In this document: one piece after another, positions 1 through 13,600 of the stretch
Layout: each line of letters starts with the position of its first letter
Position numbering within the stretch: the first letter of the stretch is position 1
Assembly: GCA_036172245.1 (NCBI GenBank)
Contig: JAYWIR010000029.1
Coordinates: forward strand, 1,240,001 to 1,304,000
Source: Raillietiella orientalis
Lineage: Eukaryota
Reading direction: 5' to 3'
Length of the DNA: 64,000 nt
Notes under the pieces: generated by a model
The model's input: the letters and a program-made list of their open reading frames with translations, nothing else
What the model was told of the DNA's origin: nothing
The model's database searches: none
Made by a program: the position numbers and the translations under genes

Positions 1-827
1 GGATTACTTGGTAACTTGCAGTCATTTGAGTGAGTGATCTATCCTTAAGTTCTTTGTTCTAATTGGAGCATTTATAGGAGGTATGCCTGCCATTCTGGCA
101 TTAAATAGTATTTTTGTGCTCATGCAAAAGCATCATCTGTGAGTAAATGGGTTGTTCATTAAGATTATGAATTCCTCAGAGAATACCCAGATTTTTATCA
201 ACAACTGTATGCTCTGCTGGTTCCAGATATCTTCCAGTTTCCACTTCTGGAACGTTTCTTGTCAATTTTGGATTTTTTTTTGTCATCCACGTAAGTTTTT
301 TTTTTGTGTGTACAGAATATGGCATTTCTCTAAAGTCATTTGCCAGAGTACTTGGCTGCTGCTTTTCTTAAAAGGCTTTCCTCACTTTGCCTGATGGCAC
401 CTGCACCAGCTATCTTATTGATGCTACCACTTATCAGCAATTTGTTAGTCCGCCATCCTCAGTTAATAAGCATGAGTGACATGGGCAGTTTCCAAACTGA
501 TCCCTATGATGCTGATCAGTGTGATCCAGCATTGAGCAATGCTCTATCTAGCAAGCTGTGGGAGATCCACACCTTACAGAAGCATTATGTAACAGAAATT
601 GCCAGTGCATGTAAGTCACTTTACAAATCTGGTGGACACTTGCCATGGAATTTGACTGATAAAAAGGACATAAGCTATGAAAAGGTCAGTTTTAGAAAAG
701 AATTTTCAGGAGAATTTTCTGTGTGTAGCTTTTTCAGGAAGCATTGAATGGCAAACTAGATCATCTCTTGCCTTGTGATGCAACTCCAGTAGGGTTCTTC
801 AATATCGACTCCTCAAATTCTGTCTGA
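1..827 (+). CDS. NOC4L: Nucleolar complex protein 4 homolog (CBF/Mak21 domain), 3' part; gene begins upstream of the window
   Basis: Exons <1-29, 78-138, 180-290, 336-684, 729-827 (TGA) join in phase through GT-AG introns. Translation DYLVTCSHLRGMPAILALNSIFVLMQKHHLEYPDFYQQLYALL...FLSSTHLPEYLAAAFLKRLS...NLLVRHP...DPYD...ALSSKLWEIHTLQKHY matches NOC4 motifs (LEYPDFY, SSHLP.YL.AAF.KRL, DP...AL.S.LWE..LQ.HY). Confidence 0.93.
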
Positions 828-931
828 GGAAAATGAGTTTTGAGTTCTTTGATGAATCAAGGGGGTTGTAGGCCATGAGCTCTTGCTTTTTAAGTGCCTC
901 ATATGTTTACCCATCTAGTTTCAATGAATGG

Positions 932-937
932 AATAAA
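932..937 (+). promoter_or_regulatory. Probable polyadenylation signal of NOC4L
   Basis: AATAAA about 105 nt after the TGA stop. Confidence 0.55.
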
Positions 938-3249
938 GTACTGCATATGCTCTGATACAGTTTTGCAATGCTTCTAGCTTGGGATAATACCAAGCTATTG
1001 GAACATTGTTCTGTAACTGATTTCCATTTTTCGATGTTCGCACATGATAAAAAAATTCAAGTTTGCTGTAGACAGTCTGCAATTTAAAGTGAGTGGAATT
1101 AGGGTTGCAACGATGCCAACCATTGGAAGCAAGGCTGTAAGAACATATAACATTTCAAGCTTCAAATATATTAATGTGCCGAAGTTTTAGCAGCATCTTC
1201 ACATAATTAGTCACATACCCATCTCCTAACCTTGAAAATTTCAATTTTTCTGTGATTTCTGATTTTTTTTTGTTTATTCTTTGGCTGTTAGAAGTGACCT
1301 GAATTCCATCGTTGTATTATCCAACAAGAAACCAAGAAAGCGTTAAGTGCAAATTCATATCTATGCAGATCATAAATATGAAGTCTTTCTACAATCTGAA
1401 AGAAATCGATCAATTCTGTTGGCTTCTAGAAAAACTTGTATATACACAGAAGATGAAATCTAAAACAAACTGAAATGATGTAGCTTTAACCTTTGCTTAA
1501 CTCCAAGTTTTTGATGTGAAGCAGTTTTTCAAGAGCTTCACTCTATTTCTCAGTTTCCCATAAAGTATTTCATAAATTTTTTTAAATTCTTACACTCAAT
1601 AATTCTTACCGTAATTTTAACTATCAATGAAAGTGACTTTGCAGATTTTAATTGTATTTTTCTCTAATGTTGAATTTCTTTAGTACATTCATTCGGCACG
1701 AATAACCCGTGAAGAGTAACGTTTGCTCCTGTGGTTTCTCCTTTGGCAATGATGCCAAGTGATTATAAACCATCCTTTCGCTGATTCCAGGAATATTCTT
1801 TGAAGTAGCAATTCAGAAGGGTATATTTGGCCATGTTGGATGCTCAGAGAGTAGTCTTTCACAACTCGTTTTAATTTTACTGTATTTGAGTCTCTCCATT
1901 TTTGAGCGGGGAAGGCTTTCTCTCGCTTTTTACATTACTACTGATGGTAATTCTAGATCAAACAAGGTCCAAGGACATCGTTCCATTTTTTTTCCCCTTC
2001 TAATCACTATTACTTTTATCACTCTTACAAGAACACTTTTAATGGTCTTCGAGAAAATTTAAAAAACTTAAACCACCGATTGCTCCTGTTCGGAAATCTT
2101 GGTTTACTCACATACTTCCAGCTTGATGACTGTGTACAAATGCTCACTTACGCAAGGAAACAGTTCTCAAGCAGAAGCTGTGCATCGTGTCTTTAACTTC
2201 AAAAGTCACCCCTACTAAGATGTTCGTCATGGGAACTAGATTTCCGATATGTGGTTAGAAAAGCTGCTGTTCTCACTATTTTTGCGAAATGAACTGCTAC
2301 TTATTCAGACAAATCTCTGCTCTTTCAAAATGCTTTTGCTTTGTAGGAATATGGAAAATTGACTCAAACCGGGATTACCCTCGTTTTGTATGAAACAATT
2401 TGGTAAGCAGATGTTATGTTTCTCTTATAGGTGCTTTGAATTCTAATCGCGAGTCCATCGAACGTAGAGCATCACACGAAATTTCTAGGGTTTTTCAAGA
2501 AAAAGAGAGAGAGAGAGGAAATCTGGAAAAAAGTGCTGGAAAAAGCTCTGTCTTTTCTAGCCGTGTCTTTCGGTAGGCGTTCTTATGAACTTCTATTTGC
2601 TGAAGTTTGTATTGAGGACCACCTTTCCACTTCAGCAAATCGGAACTTTGGTCACTCCTTTCACACCCTTTCACTTTTTTTTCATTCCTTAGACCTTAAG
2701 GGACCACATTTTTGTAAAATTAATCGATCGGGTGAGGAATGTTTTGTGCCAAGAAGGTTTTAGGAGACGAAGAAAAAAGCTCCCTGAATCATTGATAAAA
2801 AGATAGAAATCTTCCTCGAGAAAGAGCCTCACAGAGCATAAAGAGTAATTATTCAAAATAGGCCCTTGAGGAACTACGAAATCTTATCTCTGGAGGGAAG
2901 CAACACATCAATCGCGAAATTGACCCCAGCTACTTTTCCAGTAGTCACTTCGGAGGATACAAGCACCAAAGCATGCCCGGAGCACCGACATCGAGCACTG
3001 TCGGCAACATGGATTTCTTAGCTTCCTGTTTTAATTCCGTCGGAATAGTTCCATCGATTGCATTTGGACCTGCAACCGTTCTAAAACCTGCAAGTTACAG
3101 CGGAGTGTGGTCGTAGATGGGAAGTCCCGGTAGACGATGTCTTTTTTGAGTCGAAACAGAAGAGCTAACGCGGAATTTTGTGATTGGGCCAAGCCAGTGC
3201 CAGCCGGTTCTCATCGGATGGCGAACGGGAAGCATCTCCACCTTCCGAG

Positions 3250-3640
3250 ATAAAACTCGGTGGGAGATTCCCATACCCTGGTTTTCCCGTTTGTGGCGGG
3301 ACCACTTCTGCTCGCTGTTTCCAAAGTGTGCAAATCGGATCGTCGCTGCAAGCTTGCGTGTACAAGTCTTCGTGTCTCTCTATCGTAAGTGATCTCGGTT
3401 CGTGCGAAAGCAGTCCGCTCGTTTTTGTATCGAGCCGAAAATCTCGCAGCCTATCGAGACATGCAGTTTCGTAGGTTACGATCTCCCTCGACTCTGCAGC
3501 ACGCACGCCGAACCCCGTTGATCTTAGCCAATTGCATTGCATTCGGAGATTCCGGCTCGCGCGTATCTCCTTCGCTTTGAATGATAGAATCTTGATCCCG
3601 CGGTGTCGCCCTTGTTTGAAACCTGCTCGAACCTCCATGC
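3250..3640 (-). mobile_element. Decayed RTE-clade non-LTR reverse transcriptase remnant
   Basis: Minus strand with frameshifts: EVRAGFKQGR..RDQ (cf. RTE QAGFRKGRGTRDQ), DLYTQA, then KRENQGMGIS (cf. KRGVRQG.ISP), in the expected order. Recognised by eye only. Confidence 0.45.
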
Positions 3641-4625
3641 GTCGCTCCGGTTTGCTCAGCATACCAAGTGGTGGTACATCAATGCATTCGCTTTTCCGAA
3701 TTCAAGTCGTTACGAGGAACGTCTTGCTGTTATCTGGCTTGAAACTTCATCGATACCCGAGATGGAACTGCAGAACGGATGCGGCGGTCCAGCGATGCTC
3801 CGTTTCTCGGAAGGGTCGCTAAGCTTTTGGGGGCTGCTCCGATCGTTCTGTTCTGCAAAGACTGCTCATTATTACTTGCGATTTTTACACGTTCATGAAC
3901 GAAAGGCCGCTCTTAATGAGTTTGTTGTGCGTTGGAATGTGCATTTCAAGGTCAGCGTGCTCAGAGAGTGAGCAATTGCAGGAGACTGCACTCTTTATTG
4001 CACACCTCCCTAATGGAGGCTCCATGAAAGTACAAAAACGCAGCAGCCTGCAACATGAAGAGCGTCTATATTTTGCGCACTTGTGATGTGTTTGAACAAA
4101 AAGATATACATTCAATGTTCCAAAGTGCGAAAACCCTTAAACCATAGCAGCAGGCAAACACACGTGTATGCTCAGCAATCCTCGAGTTGTTGTTGGAGAA
4201 ATTTTTTCATGTGGTCACACCGGGGGAGGGGAGGGGGGCAAAAGAAATGATCTATTCATGTGTGCTTCCTCCTCCACAACTGAAGACGATTACCGCTTTT
4301 TGCTAATTGTTTTTTGTGTGATCTTTGCAACGCTGTTTGCGTCAATCCGTTTCAGTTATGGTACTTCGCTTTCGCAGAGTTAATTATGCTGTTATTTATG
4401 GGATATCATAGACGCAAACCGATCCCATGTTTATTTGTTTTTTATTGCTTGCGATTTGTTTTTCCACAAATGGAACTGACTGTTAATACAACCTTTCAGG
4501 GACTATGGAATGCAAAGACTGAGAGATCAGCGATCAGTCTTTCATGAAAGTGATGTTTGGCGTTCCGTTGTTTCAATGTTTCTCTGTACCTTTCAGCGGC
4601 CGCAGAAAATTTTTTACACTTACAG

Positions 4626-7600
4626 ATGAAGCTGAATATCCTGACGGTGCAGATGCTTCTTGCCAGTGTGTTCGCTGGCATCTGCCACGCAAGTACACTA
4701 TATCCTCGAGAGTCGATAACTAGAGAAGTTAAAACCTTGGATGGTTTATGGAACTTCCGGACTAGTCCATCTGATGATCCAGAAGCAGGATTTCAGGAAC
4801 AGTGGTTTCTAAATCCTTTGTCTCAAGTAAGCATTGATCTTCGCGTTCAGGGATTGACATGAGTACCACAAACTTCAGGATTATTCCACGGTTACTTGAA
4901 CCCACTACTTTTTTTTTTTTTTTTAATATGGAAGCTGGCATTTTATCGTTTTCTTTGAGCGCTGTTTGCATCTTTAAGGATGCTGATGTTTCGACGGCAG
5001 TTTTGACGGCGCAGAACTCGCACATCATTCTCTCTGATTCCGTGCGTTATTTGAGACTCTCAGAGAGACCGCCTCGCGGCAAGACTGACAGACTGTCTTG
5101 ACAAGACAGCAGCGCATACGCTTTATTGAACACGTGATAACCATCGGGTTGCATGAAGCTGCTTCTAAAGGTTACACAGAGATACTAGAATCCCCCACGA
5201 GAAAAGGAGCCGTAATAAACAAAGGTGATAAGCATGGCGACTTATCAAGGCTGCTTATATGAAATGATGCTGCTCGGAAAGAGTGGGAAAGTTGATCGTA
5301 TCAGCACAAACCAAACGTCGCCCAGAACAGATGAAGTGCATCGCCATCAGCGAAGTCGGTTGTTGAGAACGAGACCTTTCGTCGTGTACACATGATTTGT
5401 GCGTGCCTAGGGAATGTATGCGCGTGCAACATGTGTGCTAAGGGATTTCCGTTTCTCATGCGCAGGCAGCGAAGAGGATCGAACGGGCGGTCACTCTTTC
5501 ATGTTTTTTTTTTTTTTTTACCTCCCCAGAGGCACGTACGTTGGTATGCCGTGAGTGCTTTCCTCCTTCCACACCGCATCGACAAAGAGGCTTTTCTCGT
5601 CTCAAAAGGGGAACAGTCGAAAGCCGGGATAAAAGATGCCTTCCCCTTGGGATCTCGTTGCGAGGGAAAGTGTTCATCTCCATGGAACCGACAGCGAGGG
5701 GTGCTTTCGCTGTCCGAGCAACCAGTGTGGTGGCTCGTCTCAAGGCGAGGAGCTCGTTGATTCCGGGACCGATTCAAACTTTGCATGGGAGCTTTGCATT
5801 CGGAAGAAGCTGTTATTGGTGGCCACAGCTACGATCTTCGGCTTATCCAGGAGCTCACCTTTCCTGCAGGATTGCCAACTTGCGATGTCGAAACTAGAAA
5901 ATCGAAAGTTTTTCCTTCTGCCTTCATTGCGATGTGCCCCAATTGAAAGCAGTCAGGGAGTAACCGATAAGACCGACAAAGAACTGCTTGATCATGGGTG
6001 AAGATAAGGGGGAAGAAGAAGAAACAAACAAACAGTGGGATATGTGAGAGTACGAAAGAAGAAACGCCGAAAGTCCACGATGCACTCTCGTGCATTGAGG
6101 CAGGGTCAACGGCCGTCATTTCCTTGCGAAATTTGGGATGTCATCTGGTTATCTGTTCTTGTGCCGAGGCATTTCTCAAGCAGTGCCTCTTCAAATCTCG
6201 GTCGATCGTTTGCCACCCATCTGCTTTCCCCGGACGAGGGCAAAATGCCGCATTTGGGTTGGGGTCGTCTGAATGCTAGCTGAATCGCTAGCGCCTCCGC
6301 GAATCAGGTGAAAAAAAATTGGCTCGCCCTGATCTGCAGACGTCTGCGCATCCCGGATCACCATCCACCGGAAGCGCGCCTTTCTTCCTTCAAGAGCCAG
6401 AGGAAGAAGACCCAATCCTGTCGCCTCGCCCAGAGGTCCCCTCCGCGTTTCGCGAGTCGCATCCCTTTTTCTCCTCCTCCATGCCTCCTCCTCCCTTCGT
6501 CTTCGTTTCCCGCTCTCCGTCCGCAGTCCCCGTTCTCGGACTCCCCCTTTCGGTCCAGTTTCTGGTCTCGTCGCCGCCATCACGCCCAACATGGAACCGC
6601 GGGAGCTGCTTAGTCCCCCTCCTCCCTTTTTCCGCCGGAGCCGAAAGCTGCGGTCTCTGCGGCAATTCTGCGTCTCCAAGGCCGCTTCCTCTCTAGCCTC
6701 GCCCTCACGACGATGCTGATGACCCGGCACGGAAGAGGGGAGGGGAGAATGCTCGTAGCGGGCGCCGACTCGAAAAGGACTTCATACTTATCTGGATTTG
6801 AGGTTAATTGTGTGCCCAAGAAGGCAATTCCTAGAGTGAGGCCTAGCCATTGCACTGTGGCCAGGATGACCTCCGCGATGATTCCAAACGCGGGTTACTA
6901 GGGAGCGTAATTTTTGTGCTGGGAAGATGCGGCGGGCGTTGGGGCGCGTTCTCCTGCATTAGAAAGAAAGAAAGAGAAAAAAGACCTCATTTTTATTGCC
7001 TTTGAAGGGTGCGAAGAAACGAACGCCTTGGCAACCCTGCCGCGCTCAGAGATGTGCAAATCTTCGAGTTTTGCGTCGGGGAGGGGTGAGTTTGCGGCGC
7101 GCGTCTAGTGAAGGGGGATCGCCTCCAGGGCTGCGCGCACGACACACGAGAGGCACAGTCGCCTCGGAGCGCCTGGAAACAACCCGCCTTGCGGGAGGAA
7201 GAGGCGTCTTGTAAGGGGGTACCTGGGAGAAGATCCCCACCTATCGGCGGAGGCGAAGCCCTTTGCCCTTGGTCAGTGGCATGCCAGCGGTGGGTTCCTC
7301 TTGGTGACTCGACGCACGCGGTAGAAGAGCCGGCTCTTCCCTGTGCAGCAGCACCGGCACCTCGTCGGTTCCGTCCGATGGGACTGGACGATCAAGGTGG
7401 GACCGAGGAGGGAAATGTGCCGAGAAGAGGGTGGTCTTGTCGGTAGGGCAGTGCCCGCCGGGGGGTGGCTTGGTCACCGGCCCCGGCCGACCTTCGCCGG
7501 AGGATCACCATACGCCCTCCCTCCCTCCGCCTCTGGTGATTCGCGTCTCCTCCTCAGTCGGGACCGGTTGTCGACATGCCCGTGCCGTCGAGCTACAACG

Positions 7601-10600
7601 ACGTCACCCAGAGCAGGGAGATCCGGGATTTCGTCGGCTGGGTCTGGTACGACAGAGAGGTCTTCATCCCGCGCTCCTGGACCGAGGAGCGGCACAGGAC
7701 CTTCCTTCGCTTCGGGAGCGCGACGCACTACGCTGTGGTGGTAACGACGGCCGTTTCCCGGCCCTCTACTGCAGCTGCACTTTCCTGAAGTGGTTCAACG
7801 GTGTTCCAGTGGCGAAGCACTCCGGAGGGTACCTCCCGTTCGGGTGCGATGTGACGGACCACGTCTTTCCCTGGAGGTCCAACCGCGTGACCGTGGCTCT
7901 GAACAACACGCTGACCCCTACGACGCTCCCTCCGGGAGAGATCATCTACCCCTCCGGCGACCGGTAAGATGCCGTCTCCGCCAAGCCTCAGAGGTCTCCT
8001 CGTCCTCGGCAGAGAAGCACGGGGGAGCAGAGGAAGAAGAGGGTAGAACACGGGAGGAGGGGGGGGAGGGTGATGATCGCGTTTGATGGTGCGCCCTCGC
8101 CCCGCAGATCCTTTCTTCTCGACCGCCGCCTCTCTTCTCTGGCTCGAATCTCAAGGAGACCGGCAAGACCACTCCTTCGAAGGGGTCTTGCCGGTCTCGT
8201 TTGGGCGAGGCAGGTGGGGGGCGTACTGGGGACGTCCGTCCACGCGTCAGGGCAGGGAGATGATGATGGTCCTCCTCTTCCCAGGTATCCTCCCGGGTAT
8301 TTTAAGCAAACCTTCAACTTCGACTTTTTCAACTACGCCGGAATCCACCGGCCAGTGTACCTGTACACGACGCCGGAGACCTACATCGATGACATCACCG
8401 TCCGCACGAGCACCATCGGGAGCACAGGTAGCCGGGAGGAACTCCGCTCCCTTCCCCGGGCAAGCCAGGGATGCTGGCGTTACTCTATTCCGTCTTCCCC
8501 CTTCGCTCCTCCCTCCAGGAGAGGACAAAGGACTGCACGTACGTCCTCGAGCTGCTAGGGGTCGGGTCTCCGGCAACCTTCCCGTCCAGAAGATCCGGAA
8601 CGGCTGGGGAGGGAATCTGAGAGGGCGGCGGCCTCTCTGGGATGGGGCCGAGGCCGACCGCATTCCCCAGGGCGAGCTCATCGCTGTTGCTTTCCCACCC
8701 CGCCTCGTGCGAGCACATGAGGGAGCTCTCGAGCGATAGCGCGCGTCTCTTGCCGAGGTCCGTGAGGTATCCACTTGGAGGACCGCGGGAAACAGTCCGC
8801 GTCTGGAAATGACAAAGGATCCAACAACAACGACCTATTGTTGCTGTCCTTCTTTCTTTGTTCTTGTCTGTCCGAGCTGCTTTTTCATACAACTGCAGCT
8901 CCTCTCCTGTCTCAGGTGCTTTCCGGATCTGTGGTTCCTGCTTCTTTAAGCGCGTTCAGGACGTCTTCAGCAGAACCAGTTTGGGGATGCCGCGCTGTGG
9001 GTGGAATCTCTGTATCCTTATCTTAACCAAAACCGACCCATCGCTCCGGAGGGAGCAGAACGGAATCCTGTGGGAAAGGGGAGGGGGGACTTGGCCGAGA
9101 CCGGACTGGAAGCGTCCTCCCAAATGGATGCGCAATCCGGGATGAGCTTGCCGTTATCGCCTTCAGGATGCATCTACCGTCCGGTGCGAAAATCTCCTCG
9201 AGGTACCTTCTTTGGCACAGTGCTGTTACCGTCCAGCATCCCTGGCCAGCTGTCCGCGATCTAAGATCGACACGTTCCCTTGCTTTCTCTCGTGCGAACT
9301 TGCTTGGAGAGTCATCTTCCAGGAGTCGTCGATTACGAGGTCTCAGTGGTCGGACAGCTGTCTCAGGTGTTTGTGAATGTCTTCGACGAATCCAATAACT
9401 TAGTTGCCAAGGCACGCGGCCATCGCGCGAAGCTGGCAATCCCCAACTGCCATCTGTGGTGGCCCATCTTCATGGACGACAATCCTGGTTATCGCTACCG
9501 CTTGGAGGTCGTTGAGTTCCTTAGATCATTAACCGATGATTCTCAAATTGTCTCTGTCTGTTGTCTCTCCAATTGCTTTAAGACGAGGGTGCCTCGCAAA
9601 CGGCTGATCCCTCTTTTGATGCCACTCATGCTGCATGACAACGCCAGCTGTGCTAATGATAGTTTTAAACATCAGGAAATCAGCGAGATTAATGAAAGTT
9701 TGCAGCAGCAGCCAAGAATCCAGTCTTCATCGGCTTCAGACGTTTGACTTTTGGATGACCTGTACCTTCGCTTTTGCAGGTCACGTCGAAGACCGATTCT
9801 TCCATGGATGTGTACAGCCTGATGGTCGGTGTCCGCACTGTGTCTTGGAGCAACTCGTCTTTTTTCATCAACGGCAAACCGTTCTACTTCCTCGGATTCG
9901 GAAGACACGAAGATTACGATGTAATGGCAACCACCCGTCTGATGTTTCCATAGTTCACCCCCATCCCCACTCGAGCTGGCACAGTAGTTCAGGTTCACGG
10001 AGAGAGAGGTCGATGGATTTTTCCACCTCAAGAGCTGTTGGATGAAAAGTCCGCACTGCTCGCGTTGGGCTGTCTCCTGCCTTCTCTACCCAGCGCATCA
10101 CCTCACAGAAACCCTCTCGTCTCTCAGAAACCTCTTTTCTCGTCTCGAGTGGAGTCATGAGGCTGCTTCTGCGATTAGATCGGGTGTTTACTTTAGATCG
10201 AAGCGTGCGGAGCTGATATCTCTGTTGGGGGCCGTCGTCGGTACTCTTTGACGCCCTCCCGACGTCCGCCGTTCATTGCAGATTCGCGGCAAAGGTGTGG
10301 ACAACGTGATGATCGTCAAGGATCACAACCTACTTCAGTGGGTCGGGGCCAACTCTTACAGAACGTCTCACTATCCATACGCGGAAGAGATCTTGGACGT
10401 CGCGGATAAAATGGGATTTGCAATCATCTCTGAAGCCCCGGCTGTCGGTCTAAGGTCAGTCGCCGTTCAAGCGTATCTCCGTTTCACTGTTCCGAGGAAG
10501 CGTGAAGAGCTTTTTGGAGCCGCAGCTTCTGGAGAACCACAAGCGGGTCTTAGCCGAACTGATGATTCGAGACAAAAATCGCCCATCTGTGGTGATGTGG

Positions 10601-13600
10601 TCGGTTGCCAACGAGCCCGCCGCCATCACCGACCGATCGGAGTCATATTTCAGGTAAAAATCGGTAGAAGGTGCTCTCACCGACAATCGGCTGAGAGAAT
10701 TCGCGCGCTTCGGCCCTTGTCCTCCTCCTCACACGGGACATGTCTTATTCAGGGAGCTCTTGAAGTTTGCGAGGAATGTTTCCACAGCTCGTCCTTTCAC
10801 GGCAGCTCTCAGTTACCCCTTGAAAGATGATCGAGTGGTAAGTTGCTGCTGGGGATCTTCCGCCGGCTTTCCCTCTGCCCAATCACCTCCACCTCCGCTG
10901 CCTTCTCCGAGAGTTCGACAGGCAGCATTTCTGAGGACGAGCGCTCCGGAGGAGAGCACTCGGATGCCTGCATGCTGACAACGCGTGGGTGTCAACAGAA
11001 GTCCGTCCCCACGATGGGTCGCGTCCATTCGTTGCAGCGCTCTTTGGGGAGATAGCCTTTGGAGAGGGCGCAGAAAGGCCTTGCAGATCTTCCCTCAAGC
11101 TGGGAACCCTACTTGCTGGAGAGCTACCGAGGAAATTGCGACGGGGCCCCGCCTACGCTTTGGCCTTCCTCGAGATAGCTTCCCCCGAGGCCACCTGAAC
11201 CGCCTCCGGGCACCGTTCGAGTGCTGTGCGCACCGGTCAAAAAGTGCGCATCGAAGCGCGCGCTCCCGCGACGATGCGCGTTCTCGCGTGTGCGACGTGC
11301 CGCGCGGTAGAGCGCGTCACGTGTCGAAGGACGTGCGCAACCCTTGTTCAGGGGCGTTTACAGCACGGAGAGGGAGAGGGGGAGGAAGCCAGGAGCCGTG
11401 GCTTTCAGCAGAAGTGACCACTCCCACCGCCGGACAGAAGGGGGAGGGAAAGGGGCAGCGTATGCCTCACCTCCAGTCTAACCCCTGCGACGCTCTTGGA
11501 GAGATCAACGCTGCCCCCACTCTCTCTTTCCCGCCGTTCCCGCGATCCTGATGGCAGGAGCGAACCAGGGAGGGCAGATCCAGCCACTCAGCATCCCCTC
11601 TTCCTTGCACCTGTTTCGCTGCCTTCCAGCACTCCCTCTTCGCCTTCGAGCTGGGGTGGGTTCTGCGGGTGGTGGACCTCCGCCTCCTCCACGCGCTGAA
11701 GAAAGCCCCTCAAGGTGTGACAGGTCAAAAAGCGTGCTGGGGAACCGCGTGCTCGGATGGGGTGGCGCGGGTTAGAGCCGGGAAAGCGAAGAACTAACGC
11801 GCACGCGAGGAAAGCACTCGGGAGATCCGGACCTCCGATCTGGCACCCTCCTTGCCTGGGGCCAGATCGGGAGGTCACCGGAAAACTGCTCTTCCGGGCG
11901 TTTCTATCTCGGCATGTCTGCCTTCCGGAAAGTAACCCAAGCGACCCTGCTGACTCCCAACCGGTCGTCGCTAGCGGCAGCCTACGATAAGTGGGCTGCA
12001 GGAACGGTGGAGGTGTCAACTCAGCACTTGCTCACCGAGCCACCAAGTTGCACTGCCCCTTACGTCCGCCCTTCGCCCTCGGCTTCCCTGCCGTTGTCGC
12101 TGCTCAGGGCGAGCCCCTGACCACGGTCGTCGCTTACCCCGAGCGCTTCAAGGTGCTCCCTGCATCGACCGCGGACGAGACGGTGGGAAGTTCGAAGTAT
12201 GTCCGTCCTCCCCTCGCGTCAGCATCCGTCCGGCCCTTTCGCTCTTCCCTTCCCTCTTCCTGAGAGTGCGGCTTCTCGACGGAAATGGCTCTCAGGAGGG
12301 CGTGCCAATCCACGTGGTTCCGGGGAGGCTCTTTCGGGAAGGAAGAGAGGAAGAGGGAACCGTGAGTCCCTTGGAGGCGTCCTCACGAAGGACACCCTGT
12401 TACTCGGTCAACTCCTGCGGCCATATCTTCCAGGCGCAGTTCCTGGACATCATCGGCCTGAACAAATATTTTGGATGGTACGACGAGACCGGACGCCTGG
12501 AACTCATCCGTCCAAGCCTCGTGTTTTCGCTGACCATCTGGTACAAGAAGCACGGAAAGCCCATCATCCTCACGGAGTATGGCGCCGACAGCATGGCGGG
12601 ATTACACAGCGTAAGAGCGGTGCCTCTTGATGGGCGGGTAAGGAGGAGCCCTTTACCCACCCATCAAGGGGAACCAAGGTCTCAGAGGAGGAGGAGGAGT
12701 AAACGGACGTTGGGTGAGCGGAGAAGCGTTTTCAGAGAGGGGGGCAACTTCCCGTGAGCTTCGCGTGCTACGGCTGCTGTTGAACCTGGTCAGTCTGCCG
12801 AAGCCCCGTGGGTGTCGGCTGCCTTCTTGGGTTCTCTCTGCACCTTCTTGCCCTTCCGCGGCCCGCCGCCTCCTTCTGACGTTGCTGCTCTCTGCGTCGC
12901 TACAGTCGTGGTCCTTTCTGTGACTTCACCGCTGCTATTTTCGCCTCGAAGAAATCCTGCCTGCTGTTGCTATTACTGCTGTCGAGGGCATCACCCAACA
13001 CCCAAGGGTGCTGCGGCCGACTCCTACGGCTGCCACAAGCGTCATCGTCGCTCCCATGGTCGTCATGGCTGCAATCAGCGCTCATTGTGTCTCTGTTAAG
13101 AATCTCTGCTATATCTGTTAAGGTTGCCATAGCCACAGCTGCTGGTCTCTTTGCTAACTATCTACTATCACCTGCTGCTGTCTCTAATGCTGCCGGCATC
13201 GCTGACTTTACCAGTAGCACTCGCTGTTAACACTATTATTGCTCCTGCTTATCTCCCACTGCTGCTCTATTATCATGCACTATTACCACTTCTGGGCCCT
13301 GTTACTACGCTGCTTCCCTTCCATTAGTGGTACTGCTGTTTCCGGGTCACCCTTTCTGCTGATGTCCCCATCCCACGCAACGCGAGTTGAGGCAGTTTGC
13401 TGCCGCCGGAGAGACACACATCTCGCATATTCCCGGAACTGGAATCGGGTCGTGAGAGGTCGCGGCGCCCGCTCTGCTGGAGGCGAAGCGTCCTTCCTCG
13501 GATCACATGTTCCTGGGATCGCTCTCGTTCGCGCCTCACCCTGGCCGCCACCGCTCTCCGCGTATCCTTGTGGACTGAAGGACTTCTCTCTCCTCCCCCT

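Noticed and set aside
2403..2430. 28-nt GTAAGC...TTATAG mini-intron
   Set aside because: Shorter than any supported intron here, and the flanks give no recognisable protein.
11701..11760. Intron 9 text cccctcaaggtg...gtgctggggaaccgc resembling GUSB C-terminal PQG / VLGNR, a possible duplicated exon
   Set aside because: Very short match split across frames, no splice sites, no further similarity.
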